From: Malacoraja senta
Taxonomy: Eukaryota
DNA: 64,000 nucleotides
NCBI GenBank assembly: GCA_038087875.1
Contig: JAXLNO010001373.1
Span: forward strand, 62,001 to 126,000
Reading direction: 5' to 3'
Shown here one piece after another: positions 1-10,993 of the stretch. The notes beneath the pieces were generated by a model. The model made no database searches. It saw only the letters and a list, made by a program, of their open reading frames with translations, and was not told the origin of the DNA. Positions within the stretch are counted from its first letter, which is position 1. Each line of letters opens with the position of its first letter. The translations under genes and the position numbers were made by a program.

Positions 1-1680
1 GCCAGGTGCTCGCTTCTCATCCCCTCCTCCCCGTTGTAGATAAGGTTTGGATTTAGTAGAAATTCATATTAGTTTTGTTAGTTCATTATTTTTTATTTTT
101 ATTAGCGTCCGTTACTATTCTAATCTAACATTGATAACTTGTTTAATTATTAGGTTGTTAATAGGATCAATTCTTACAATTGGATATAATCTATTAAACA
201 ATTAATGCTTCTGGTATATTCCATTCTCTTCAGTTCAGCTGTTTACTCGTTTGGAACACAGAGTGTCCTTGATTCGGAATTCCACAGATAACAGTTTAGC
301 CATCCTGAACAAAACATTGCTTGCAACGGTTCTAATCTGCCAAACCTCCATTAACCGTGGAATTCTAATTTTAAAAAAAAGGAATAATTCATACTATTAA
401 TCTATTTTTCAACGATGCTCTGAGCATATTTGTACGCGTCCTCCGGTTTTACAAATAACTTTTCAGAACCGTTAAAAGAAATATGCATTTTGGCTGGATA
501 AAAAACACCGTATCTGATACCTTGTTTCCCTCTTAAAAGCTCTATTGCCTTACCAAATTGATTTCTCTTTTGCACAATTTCATACGGATAGTCCCTGAAT
601 ATTTTGATAATGTCATTGTCCAACCGTAATTGCACTCCGTACTTTATTTTGCTCATCACATCTTCCAGTTCTAAAATGTCCCGAAATTTCACAATAATAT
701 GTCGTGGGTGGACTTTTCCAGCTTGAGATCTCGGTTTGTATCTTGGAACACAATGAGCCACTTCAATTTTCGGTTCTTTGGAGAGATTAAGCAGATAAGT
801 AGGTCCATGGCAAACTCACACTCATCCTTTCCCTCGGCTCTCTCTGAGACTCCAAGAATTCTCAAATTCTGGCGTCTAGAGCGAGCTTCCAGGTCCAGGC
901 ATTTGTCTGAGACTTTCCCCGGTTGAGTCATCATCTGTGCTGAAGTTTGCTCATATTCTTGCTTCCTTTGATCATGTTCTTGCCTCATTTTCACCATGTC
1001 TTCAACCACTCGAGCCATATTTCTCTCCAATTCCGTAATTGTGGTCATACTTGCAGCTACTGTATCTAGCACAGCCGTGAACCTGTCCGTATTAACTTTT
1101 TCCATCTTATCCATTCTCCCCGATAGTCCATCTTTCACATCATCAATTCGTTTATTTATAGTATCAAGTGAATCAATCACCTTCTGATTACCAGCATCAA
1201 TAACCTTCTGATTACCAGCATTCAAATCCTCCATCATCTTTTCGATTTTTTCCATCATTTTTCCCATCAGTTTTATTTTCATCCAAAATTTCATCTTTCA
1301 TATCTTTCACTGATTTCTTCAAATCCTTAAATTCTTTGTCCTTAACCATCTCTGTCTTAGATCTTGTATCCATTTCTGCAGCCACTTCAGAAACTTTAGA
1401 GGTAACTTCTCCTTCAGGCTTCTTCTGATTTTTCAGCAGCTTTTTAACTGATCTCTGAGGGCTCTTGGCTGGAGACAGTTTACTCATTTAAAGTCCTTAA
1501 GCCACCGTTTAAAACATCGCGCTTGCTGATGACATCATCATCCCAGCGACCAGAAGCTCTGGTAAGGTTTTTAATCCAATCCCGACTTATGGACCCGTTT
1601 TTACATGAAAAATCACGAAATCTTTCGAGAGCGGAGCTAGGTGCACGTCTGTTAATCTAACATGGCGCCACCGGAAGTCC
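1..1680 (-). mobile_element. L1/Tx1-clade LINE, 5' part (5'UTR, ORF1, inter-ORF spacer); runs off the window start
   Basis: ORF1 is in three frameshifted pieces (1212-1487, 689-1294, 402-761): coiled coil, then LEARSRRQNLRILGV and PRHIIVKF...IFRDYP...YGVFYPAKM, typical of the L1 ORF1 RRM/CTD. The 5' end reads GGACTTCCGGTGGCGCCATG on the minus strand, ending at 1680. Confidence 0.85.
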
Positions 1681-1905
1681 TCTTCTGTTGTTCTTTAAAC
1701 ATTACCCAATCCTCTTGCTTCCCGCTCATCTTTGCTACGTTGTACTTCTTCGCTTTAATTTTTATACTGTCCCTGACGTCCCTTGTCAGCCATGGTCGTC
1801 CCTTTCTCCCCTTGGAATCTTTCTTCCTCCTAGGAATGAACTGATCCTGCACCTTCTGTTTTATTCCTAGAAACACCTGTCATTTTTGTTCCACTGTCAT
1901 CCCTG
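1681..1905 (-). mobile_element. CR1 LINE ORF2 fragment
   Basis: Minus-strand translation QFIPRRKKDSKGRKGRPWLTRDVRDSIKIKAKKY resembles the inner CR1 ORF2 at about 16170-16280 (FIPMKKKRGKGKNSQPWLSKTIKDSIRLKARAY). Confidence 0.75.
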
Positions 1906-3830
1906 CGAGTGTACTTTACTTTGTTCTTTATTTTGCTGGTGAAAAATGTAGTAAATTCCTCGCACTTAGCAGGGGACCCAGTTAAGCTGGTGCTGGGGGC
2001 AGGACATATGATGGAGGTGATGGTACTAAAAAGGACCTTGGAGTTATGAGCGTTTTTGGAAATAAGGGTGGAAAAGTATTTTGTTCTTGCAGATTTTACG
2101 GCTTCCTTGTATTTGTGAAGATTGTTTTTCAGGAGTTCAAAGGAAATTTGAAGCTTATCAGATTTGTACTTCCGTTCTGATTTTCTGCATTCTCTTCTTA
2201 GGGCTCTGGTGGTGTCATTGAGCCATTGCCAGCCTTTAGGCTTAGGCTTTTTCGTTTTAAGAGGAGTAACAGAATCCAGAATTGAAGAGCAAATAGTATT
2301 GAATAAAGAAATGAGGTCGTCGGTGCTGAGATGGACGGGAGAAGCCTCAATAGTGCAGATGTCGGGGGCGGCTATGAGAGAACTTACTGGCAGTCGAGGA
2401 GTTTACGTAGTGGGAGTAGCGAGCAGGGAGATGGGATTTTGTTGGAGAGAAAGGCAGAGATGCATCGAATATAATTGCACTATGATCAGACAGACAGGCA
2501 TCAATAATATCTGTGTTACAAATTGGGAGACCAGACGAAAGCACTAGGTCTAGTGTATGGCCAAGCTTGTGCGTGTGTCCAGTGGTGAGTAGAGTCAGAT
2601 TGAAGGACTCAACCAGGTTCATAAATTCACTCACAAGAGGCTTTGTGGGACAGCAGACATGAATGTTAAAGTCACCAAGAATCAGGACCTGGTCAAATTT
2701 GGGCAACAAGCTAGCGATAAGATCACCAAATTGTGAGATAAAGTCCTTATGCGTTTTTGGTGGGCGATACACAAGAACAATTAAAAGTGGACAGATTAGA
2801 CCAACTATGATTAGTTGATGTTCAAAACTGGAGAAGTGATCAGCGTTCAGATGGCGACAGTTGAAATGCTTCTTAAACACAGTGGCTAGGCCCCCACCGC
2901 GACCGGAGAGCCTAGGCGAGCTGAAAAAGTTACAGGTATCAGGACAGAGTTCCACGAGTGGAGCAAGCTCACCAGGATTAAGCCAGGTTTCTGTGATCAG
3001 TAGGAATCCACGTGCGGTGAAGAAGTCATTGAGGATGAAGGTTTTGTTCAGCACTGATCTTGCATTGATCAGGGCCACTTTTGCAGGGACTGCAGGTGAG
3101 TTGAGGGCCGGTAGCGGCTCCCACGCCAGCGGGCGGAGGTTCAGGGAGACCACGTCGCTGCTCTTCACACAGGGCCTGGCTGGGAGCCCGCAGGCCGACA
3201 GACCGGGGACCGGGAAAATCGACCGGAGAGAAGCATACCTGGGCTCGAGGGACCGCCGATGGATGGAGCGGTAGGGCTGACCAGATCTGTCCTCACAGCG
3301 CTGGGCAAGGTAAGCTGAAGTTAAACGGGCGCGGGCGAGGTTCTTCAACCTTACCAGGGCGCCCGGGCGTTTACTCCGCCTCCAAGCTCGGCGTGTGCGG
3401 CGGCCGCCGCAAGGCCGAGCCCATACATCCATCGGGAGCCGAGCGAGGAGCGAACGGTAAGGGAAGCCTTGTCCGGGGCGCATTCGGGGACTCAGATGGG
3501 GGCTCAGTCCGGGTATCAGACCGGGGCTCAGTCCGAGGCCCAGTCCGGGGCTTCGGATGAAGACCTCGATGACAGAGGCTCGGCTCTGTCCAGGGCTTCG
3601 TCCGGGGCTCAGTACGGGGCTTCGTCCGGGGCTCAGTCCGGGGCCTTGCCCAGGGCCTCGGGTGAAGACTTCAATGACCGAGGCTTGGATGTCCAATAGT
3701 GTTTGCCGTTCGTACGCCAGCTTTGACTGCAGGCCATACGAACGGTAGAGATTACCTTGTTTGAGGCTTTGTCCAGACGGGAGACGACGGGCAGCCAAAC
3801 ACAACGGCGCGGCCATCTTGCCGATCAGAG
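1906..3830 (-). mobile_element. L2-clade LINE, 5' part with apurinic-like endonuclease ORF
   Basis: The 489-aa ORF 2347-3816 has APE motifs (LINARSV, LLITETWL, GGGLA, VYRPP, ILGDFNIH, HTLDLV, SDH). Bases 1915-2110 closely match the L2 copy at about 10345-10500. Confidence 0.8.
3470..3660. repeat. Degenerate GC-rich short tandem repeat (about 12/24-bp units, core GTCCGGGGCT) in the L2 leader
   Basis: gtccggggct/cagtccgggg recurs repeatedly and encodes (PGLS/PGRS)n on the minus strand. Confidence 0.7.
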
Positions 3831-4333
3831 AGATGTGTGCTGATCTACACTCTCAACTCATCCGTCTCAATTGCTGTGCTTCTTGCTTTAAAGTAAATGC
3901 AGTTAAACCTACCGGTCCTCTCATGCTCCCCCTCCCATCTCTGCCAATGCTTTCACTGGACTTGCCCGTTCCATTTTCTACATATGAGTCCGCTGTCATT
4001 CTGGGTCCCAACCCCATGTCTCACTAGTTTAAACTCTCTTGAGTAGCATGAGCAAACCTCTCCACAAACCCATTCAGAACTTTGTTAGGCCCCATGCACA
4101 GGTTATATAATATTGCAGGATCATTGAACTCAGTAACATTGCTCTGGTTTTAAGTATCACAAGAACCCATTCCTGTGCTGTGCACATCTATAGCCCTGAT
4201 CTAAAGGACTCCATTTTGCATGATTTAGAATGACTAAAACAATTCTACAAATTTAGTGTTAGATTCTGTGCACTCTTCATGCATGGTTGTGCTGAGTGTT
4301 TTTTTTTTAAGAAGACATATTTTCCCATTAAAG

Positions 4334-5146
4334 ATGCAAATCCTCCGATCCTGATCCAATTCCCGAGGCTGGAGAGTATCATTGAGGATGACACGGCACG
4401 GTTACGGTGCTCCATGGAGAACGTAGAAAATAGGTGCAGGAGGAGGCCATTTGGCCCTTCGAGCCTGCACCGCCATTCATTGTCACCATAGCTGATCATC
4501 CACAATCAGTAACCTGTGCCTGTCTTCTCCCCACATCCCTTGATTCCGCTAGCCCCTAAAGGTCTATCTAACTCTCTTTTAAATTCAGCCAGTGAATTGG
4601 CCTCTACTGCCTTCTGTGGCAGAGAATTTCACAAATTCTCAACTCTCTGGGTGAAAACGTTTTTTCTCATATAAATGGCCTCCCCTTTACTCTTAGACTG
4701 TGGCCCCTGGTTCTGGACTCCCCCAACATTGGGAACATTTTTCCTGCATCTAACTTATCCAGTCCTTTTATAATTTTATACGTTTCTAATAGCAAGGATG
4801 TCCTTCCTCAAATTAGGAGACCAAAACTACACACAATATTCCAGATGTGGTCTCACCACGGCCCTGTACAACTGCAGAAGGACCTCTACTCCTGAAGTGG
4901 GAAACACTGACGTCCACTGGTACCGAGAACTACCCGGGCAGGACATGGAGTGGGATTTAACACATGAGGCAAGAGTCAGCATATCAATGAGACCAGGCTT
5001 CACTGAGCGGTTCCAGCCATTCAAAGACCCCTCCAACAGCAGCTTCATCCTGACGGTCACAAACGTGATGCTCAATGACTCTGCCGTCTATTACTGCACA
5101 GTGTGGGGAGATATCAGAAGGAACGGGATCCAAATGATTGTCATTA
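4334..5146 (+). pseudogene. VJ-type Ig-domain exon of a non-rearranging immune receptor, interrupted by a CR1 insertion
   Basis: Acceptor ttttcccattaaag|4334. The 5' half (4334-4422) reads DANPPILIQFPRLESIIEDDTARLRCSMEN. The 3' half (4891-5146) reads PEVGNTDVHWYRELPGQDMEW...FTERFQPFKDPSNSSFILTVTNVMLNDSAVYYCTVWGDIRRNGIQMIVI, followed by donor A|GTAAGT at 5147. Joining the halves gives the canonical B-strand Cys, C-strand Trp, DSAVYYC and a G strand in one exon, phase 1 at both ends. Confidence 0.88.
4423..4890 (-). mobile_element. 5'-truncated antisense CR1 inside the V exon
   Basis: The minus strand encodes EVLLQLYRAVVRPHLEYCV (CR1 RT C-terminus) near 4830-4890, followed by CR1-type 3'UTR sequence ending near 4423. 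Confidence 0.8.
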
Positions 5147-5678
5147 GTAAGTTCAGTTTACACAATACTAAACGATCTCCGTTAGTGTAGATATAGAGCA
5201 TGCCAGGGGTGGGATAGCGGTTTTGCACTTTCATTTTCATTTCAGTTTACAATATTTACAATACTAAAAACATTAAAAGTTTTGAATCTTCTAGTTTTCA
5301 TAGTCTTACAGCGTGAAAACAGGCCCTTCGGCCCAACTTGCCCATACCGATTCATTTTCATGCATTTATTTATGCTTTTTAATGAATTGGACAGACAAAT
5401 ACACATCTGATGGTTATTTGTGGAACATCGCTTTTCGGCCCCGGCTCGTAACTCCAAGCTTACAGTCACACTTCACCTTATTGTGTCAGCCTGAATCTGA
5501 CCCCACCATTTTGTGCTCCGGAACAGGGCCCCATCTTTCAACCAAGCACGTTGTAACCTTCCAGGGACAACAATTAATTAAATAATTTCCTATTGAAGTT
5601 GCTCCTCCCACACGCTTTAATTCTGTTACACCACTACACCTTCTAGTAACTGTCAACATTCCTTCATTGGTAGCGACA

Positions 5679-6085
5679 TCTATCCATATCACCTACCTAC
5701 ATACCTACTTACCTCTCTCTAAAACTCTCATCTTCTTTGTTTGTTTGTTCCCGAAATACAGCCAAAACAGTACACGACAGCGCGACAATTTTGGGCCCAC
5801 CTTACTTACCGTTGTCCTGCGGTGTGCAGCAGCATGTTTTGTTCAGATTGATGTAATATTTTAAATGTTTTGACTTTTTAAACTTTAATAAACCTGGCAT
5901 TTGCGCTCCCACTTGCCGGCCGCACCTGCGTAGTTGGGGAAGGTTACCGTGACTTGCGTCACAACAGGGATATCTGACGTCACAACGGGAACCCATCAGC
6001 CACGCCGCTGCAGTTGGGGGCTGTGGGTGAGCGGTGGAATATTGCGTTGGGGGATGGGGACCCAACAGGTCCGCGCTTGGTCTAG
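5679..6085 (+). mobile_element. Short non-autonomous Helitron-like element
   Basis: A|TCTATCCATATC...CTAAAACTCTC at the 5' end. The 3' end has a hairpin GGACC-caaca-GGTCC (6058-6072) followed by CTAG|T (6082-6085). The termini have the same design as the central array units. Confidence 0.6.
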
Positions 6086-7323
6086 TATATAGTACTATAA
6101 CTCTCGTCTAGTATGTATGTATATTTTTTTGTTTGTTTGTTTGTTTCGTTGTATGTATTTATTTATCAACACATGGGGGACACACAATTTCTTGGTGGCC
6201 GCACGCGCGCACACATTCGCGAGGCTTCGGCCATTGGCCCTGTGGACGATAACATCGGGAGCTGACCTGGTTGGTGACCAACTCCAAACTCCAGCAACAG
6301 CAGCTTCGTCCACCCCGAATCATGGGGCTTGAATCGGCCTGTTCGCGGGGCCTTTCATCGCCCGGTGCGGCTTAAAACTGGCCGCGGGATCATCCATCCC
6401 CGGGCAGGGGCTTCAACATCGGGAGACTCAATCGCCTCGACGTAGCAATTTGACCACGGGACGGTGGAAAATCCCGCGGCCGGTTTCAATCCGCGCCGGG
6501 CGATGGAAGGCCCCGTGAACGGGTCGATTCAAGCACCGCTCTATGATCTTTGCTCCACCAGGACGTCTCCCTCCTCCAATCACTGCACTTTATCCTCAGT
6601 CCCATCCCCCGACATCCGCCTCTGACCGACACCTCCCTCCTCCAATCATCGCGCTGAATCATCATGTCCCCCTCCCATTGCCTGACGTCTCTCTAGTCCA
6701 ATCGGTGCACTCGATCATCACTCTTGCGGAAAGTGGAGATTTATAGTAGGGTTTTTTTCACTGAATTTCAAAATCCGGATTACAAAACATGGGGGGGGAT
6801 TGTCCCCCACCTCTCAAAACATGGAAGGGACTTGAGTCCCCACGTCCCCCCGGGATTTCCTCCCATGAAAACAGTACACAACAGCGCAATAATTTTAGGC
6901 CCAACTTACTCACTATTCGCCTGGGGTATGCAGTAGCGATTTTCGTTCAATTTGACAAAGTATTTCCCTTTAAAAATTTCCATTTTCTTTCTACCGCTCG
7001 GGCCCGCTGCACTCCCACTTGCCGGCCCCGTTAGCCATATGCTTCCTATTTTTCTCTTTATCCAACCCTCTGCATCCTCAGTTCCCTCTTCTTGTTACTC
7101 TTGACATTCACCCTTATACAAATATGTTGACCTTGAGTTCTTGTTTTTTGTCCTTCGAATGCTTCCCATTGTGCAGATTTTGACATACAGGTAAGTAAAT
7201 TCTCACAGTCTACATTTGCCAGGTCCTGACTTAATGTTGTGAAATTGGCCCTCCCCCAATGTAAGCCCCCTATTCCAATCTATCTCTGTCATTTTACGTA
7301 ACCATTTTGAAATATACGGATTG

Positions 7324-7440
7324 AGGCGGCACAGTGGCGCAGCGGTAGAGTTGCTGCCTTATAGTGCCAGAGACCTATGTTCAATCCTGATTAGGGGTGC
7401 TGTCTGTACGGAGTTTATATGTTCTCCCTGTGATCACCAG
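7324..7440 (+). mobile_element. tRNA-derived SINE head (HE1/V-SINE-like), 3'-truncated
   Basis: GGCGGCACAGTGGCGCAGCGGTAGAG (A box) ... ATGTTCAATCC (B-box-like), then gtgctgtctgtacggagttt. Confidence 0.75.
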
Positions 7441-7689
7441 AAGGGCAGGCAGCATCTGTGGAGAAAGAAAACCAGAATTAAAACATTTCTGTGAGAAGGA
7501 AGGAATGGGTAGTACAAAGGAAATATCTCTGATTGAATTCAATGTGATGATTTGTAAGCATATTATGCCTCCTTGTCTGTGAGATGGGTTGTTAATAGTG
7601 TGCTCAAGGACACATCTAGCAGGACAAACTGAGCCAAAATGATGATGGGAAGAAACAATGTTATCCTAAGAGATGCCACTGAAATGTCT

Positions 7690-8520
7690 TCCTTCTTCCT
7701 GAACAGTGACTTCTCCTCAACTGGAGTGGACAGTGCTTAATCACATCTTATTGATTTCCCCACATCTATGCTCTCACTCTTCCTCTTTCCAGGAGTCGAT
7801 AAGAACATAGTTCCCCTGCTCCTTACCTTCCACCCAGGAACCTGCCATATCCATCCAATCATTCTTTGCATTTTTCACCAGATCCAACAAAATCCCATCA
7901 CCACCTTGTCCGTCCCCACCAACCACTCGCACTCATATGGCGTGTCTCCATGCAAAAACACAGGAGAAGCAACACTTGACTTTTCACCTCTTCCCACCGT
8001 CCAGTGACACAAATAGCCCTTCCAGGTTAAGCAGTGAATGACTTGCACTTTTTCCAAACGGATGTACTGCATTTGGTGTTCTCCGTGTGGTCTCTTCCAC
8101 ACGAAGGAAATTAAACATAGTTGACACCAAGTGCTGGAGTAACTCAGCGGGTCAGGCAGCATTTCTGGTGAAAAAAGATGGGTGACGTTTCAGGTCAGAA
8201 CCTTTTTTCAGACAATGTAACAGTGCAGGGTGTAAACATGGGTTCTAACCCAATACATCACCCATCCTTTTTATCCAGAGATACTGCCTGACCCGCTGAG
8301 TTACTCCAGCACTTTGTGCTTGTCTTCAGCATAAACCAGCATCTGCACAGATGGAGTGAATGCTTTGTGGAGTATTTCCACTCCATCTCCAGGAGTAACC
8401 TTGAGCTTCCTGTTGTCACCACTTTAATCCCACTCCACTGCTACCCTGACCTCTCTATGTGTTACCTCCGCACTGTTACAACGCGACCCAATTCAAGCTT
8501 GCTGACATTTAATGATTTCT
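7690..8520 (+). mobile_element. Degenerate Penelope-like element (RT C-terminus plus GIY-YIG remnant) with an inserted hairpin cassette at about 8125-8320
   Basis: IVPLLLTFHPGTCHIHPIILCIFHQIQQNPITT; FQVKQ*MTCTF..MYCIWC..CGL; RWSECFVEYFHSI..LELPV. The cassette is an inverted repeat: gtgctggagtaactcagcgggtcaggcag ... ctgcctgacccgctgagttactccagcac. Confidence 0.65.
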
Positions 8521-8802
8521 AAATTAATGGGTATTTTGGTTCATTGGGATGTATTCCAATAACTGGCCAGATAAACACACTGGCTTGTGACCACTCGGTG
8601 CTCCCCTTCCTTCCTTTATCACAGTACATTTATATCAGAATGGTCAATGAAGGTTGAAGGAACAGGGTGCCTCTGGGAACAGTGCTTCAGTGGCCATTTG
8701 GGTCAGCTGGTGGACACGGGTTGAATAGCAACATTCCACCAGGAATTGGATCAATTCCAGTGAGAACCTATTGCAGGACTGGGAAATAACTGGGTTAGGA
8801 TC

Positions 8803-10500
8803 AGTCAAGTCAAGTCACATTTATTTATATAACACATTTAAAAAACAACTCTCGTTGGCCAAAGTGCTTTACATTTGTTATAAGAATAGTATAAACAAAC
8901 AAACTACATACAAATATACATATAGCCCTCACTCAGAGGATGTCAAGAAAGGCTTGGGAGTATAGATAAGTTTTTAGTCTTGACTTAAAGGAGTCGATGG
9001 AGGGGGCAGTTCTGATGGGAGGGGGGAATGCTGTTCCACAGTCTAGGAGCTGCAACCGCAAAGGCGCGGTCGCCCCTGAGCTTATGCCTAGACCATAGGA
9101 TGTTCAGTAATCCCAAGTCGGCCGATCTGAGGGACCTGGAGGTGGTGTGTTGGGTGAGAAGACATTTAATGTAGGTGGAGGCAATCCCATTGAGGGCTTT
9201 GTAGACATAGAGGAGGATCTTGAAATTTATATGGAACCGCACAGGGAACCAGTGGAGAGAGGCCAGGATCGGGGTGATGTGCTCCCTTTTTCGGGTGCCC
9301 GTCAAGAGTTTCGCTGCGGTGTTTTGGACCAGTTGCAGGCGGGACATGGAAGATTGGCTGATGCCAGTGTAAAGGGAGTTGCAGTAATCTAGGCGGGAGG
9401 AGATAAATGTATGGATGATCTTTTCGAGGTCATCAAACTGGAGGAATTGTTTTATTTTAGCTATCGTCCGAAGCTGAAAGAAGCTAGCTTTTACCATGGC
9501 ATTGACTTGTTTGTCAAATTTCAGTGCTGAGTCAAATATGACGCCAAGATTTTTGATGTGTGGTTTGAGTAGTGGGGTAAGGCTTCCAAGGCTGCCTGCT
9601 ATCATTTTGATTGAGTCCGAGGGGCCGAGAAGGATGACCTCAGACTTACTCTCGTTTAGTTGGAGGAAGTTCTGGGCCATCCAACACTTTATATCCTCGA
9701 GGCAGCGGTTAAGGTTAAGCATATTTGATTGGTTTTTGGCCTTCAAGGGGAGATAGAGTTGTGGATCGTCTGCGTAGCAATGGAAGGAAATGACGTGCCT
9801 TTCAATGACTTGGCCTAAGCGGAGCATATACAGGGAGAAGAGAATGGGGCCAAGGATGGAACCTTGTGGAACCCCACAGCAGAGGCTAGCTGGGAAGGAG
9901 AAAGAGTTGCCTATGTTAGTAGAGAAACTCCTACCGTTGAGGTAGGAGATGAACCAGCTCAGGGCAGTGCCATCAATACCAACCCCGTACCGGAGACGGT
10001 CAATTAGGATGATGTGGTCGACAGTATCAAATGCTGCGCTGAGGTCAAGAAGGAGCAGAATTGCACAGCCGCCAGAGTCACCATCGCATGCTTGAAGCAG
10101 GTAGGTACAGTGCCATTGGCCAGAGAGCTGTTGAAGATGGCGAGGATGCTGGGACCAGCTGTTGTAATGACGTCCTTTAGGAGGGCAGAGGGGACAGTGT
10201 CGAGGGGGCAGGTAGTAGGTTTCATGGTGGTGACCAGTTTTACAAGGGAGGGTAGAGTACCTTGTTGGAAACAGTCTAATTTTGAAGAACAGACCAATGA
10301 GACAGCCACGTCATGGATGGGAGGGGAAATATTCGTTCTTATGCTCTTTACCTTGCTGGTAAAAAATGTAGTAAATTCCTCGCACTTAGCAGGGGACCCA
10401 GTTAAGCTGGTGCTGGGGGCAGGACAAATGATGGAGGTGCTGGTGCTAAAAAGGACCGTGGAAATATGAGCATTTTTGGAGATAAGGGTGGAAAAGTATT
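8803..10500 (-). mobile_element. L2-clade LINE, 3' part (RT C-terminus and tail), left arm
   Basis: ORF 8985-9827 has FHCYADDPQLY, NLGVIFDS, SRLDYCNSL and LHWFPVRF. The (TTGAC)n-like tail is at about 8803-8815. It mirrors 62613-64000. Confidence 0.85.
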
Positions 10501-10617
10501 TAGTTTCAGCGGACCACTATTTCAAAGAGCTGTCACAGAACGATGGGCCAAGTGGCTTCCTTCTGCACTGACATTACGTTTCCCTGATGTTTACCCAATT
10601 ATGTGATTTCTTTGCAG

Positions 10618-10752
10618 TTTCTCAAACGAAGGAGAATCAAGTTGTGGTGATGTACCTTGCCTGGATCATTCTGCCTTTGGTGCTGGGAGTTCTTGCTGTT
10701 ACTGGAGCCATTTGCCTCATCAGACGCAAAGCTTCTGGAAGCCACCAGTCCT
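10618..10752 (+). CDS. Transmembrane exon of the VJ-Ig receptor (left copy)
   Basis: tttctttgcag| acceptor and |gtatgt donor, phase 1/1, in frame with the V exon: (I)SQTKENQVVVMYLAWIILPLVLGVLAVTGAICLIRRKASGSHQS. The hydrophobic stretch has no charged residue and is followed by an RRK stop-transfer motif. Confidence 0.85.
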
Positions 10753-10919
10753 GTATGTGCAACTAAATCATTCAGTCTGATCTAATTGCTGTGTGGATTT
10801 AGTGAAATGGGAAGGGCTGGTTCCGATTGTCAAAGAGACGTCATTATGCTGTTGGGCAGCAAAGTGGGATTCACAGCTCTGAGGCTGCTCTTTGTGAGAC
10901 CTTGTTCTCTATTTCACAG

Positions 10920-10993
10920 ACCAGTCCGGAGCGGCTGATGACCAGATCCCAGGAGCAGATTATGAAAACATTTCCATGGCAAGAAATGTCCCA
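10920..10993 (+). CDS. Cytoplasmic exon 1 (DYENI motif), left copy
   Basis: ctctatttcacag| ... |gtgagt, phase 1/0: (Y)QSGAADDQIPGADYENISMARNVP. Confidence 0.82.

Noticed and set aside
4423-4890. Rescue of the V exon by splicing out the CR1 (GT at 4423; AG at 4876-4877 or 4879-4880)
   Set aside because: These joins put the 3' half out of frame or hit TGA, and the donor is weak.
4798-5190. 130-aa ORF as a stand-alone Ig gene
   Set aside because: Its first roughly 31 aa are antisense CR1. The true N-terminal half of the domain lies at 4334-4422, and the exon ends at the donor at 5147.
4334-5200. Rearranging Ig/TCR V segment
   Set aside because: No CACAGTG heptamer/nonamer RSS follows YYC; the G strand and a splice donor follow directly.
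6100-7030. GC-rich segments that look like interspersed repeats
   Set aside because: No termini, coding motif or family could be assigned from the sequence alone.
7177-7190. Possible 14-nt micro-exon with a strong GTAAGT donor between the V and TM exons
   Set aside because: It would shift the frame, V and TM already join in phase, and there is no other support.
7324-7400. tRNA gene
   Set aside because: The A/B-box head continues into SINE body sequence and does not close an acceptor stem.
1906-10500. Local duplication linking the L2 pieces at about 1915-2110 and about 10345-10500
   Set aside because: They differ at many positions and have unrelated flanks, so two independent copies of one L2 family is the simpler explanation.
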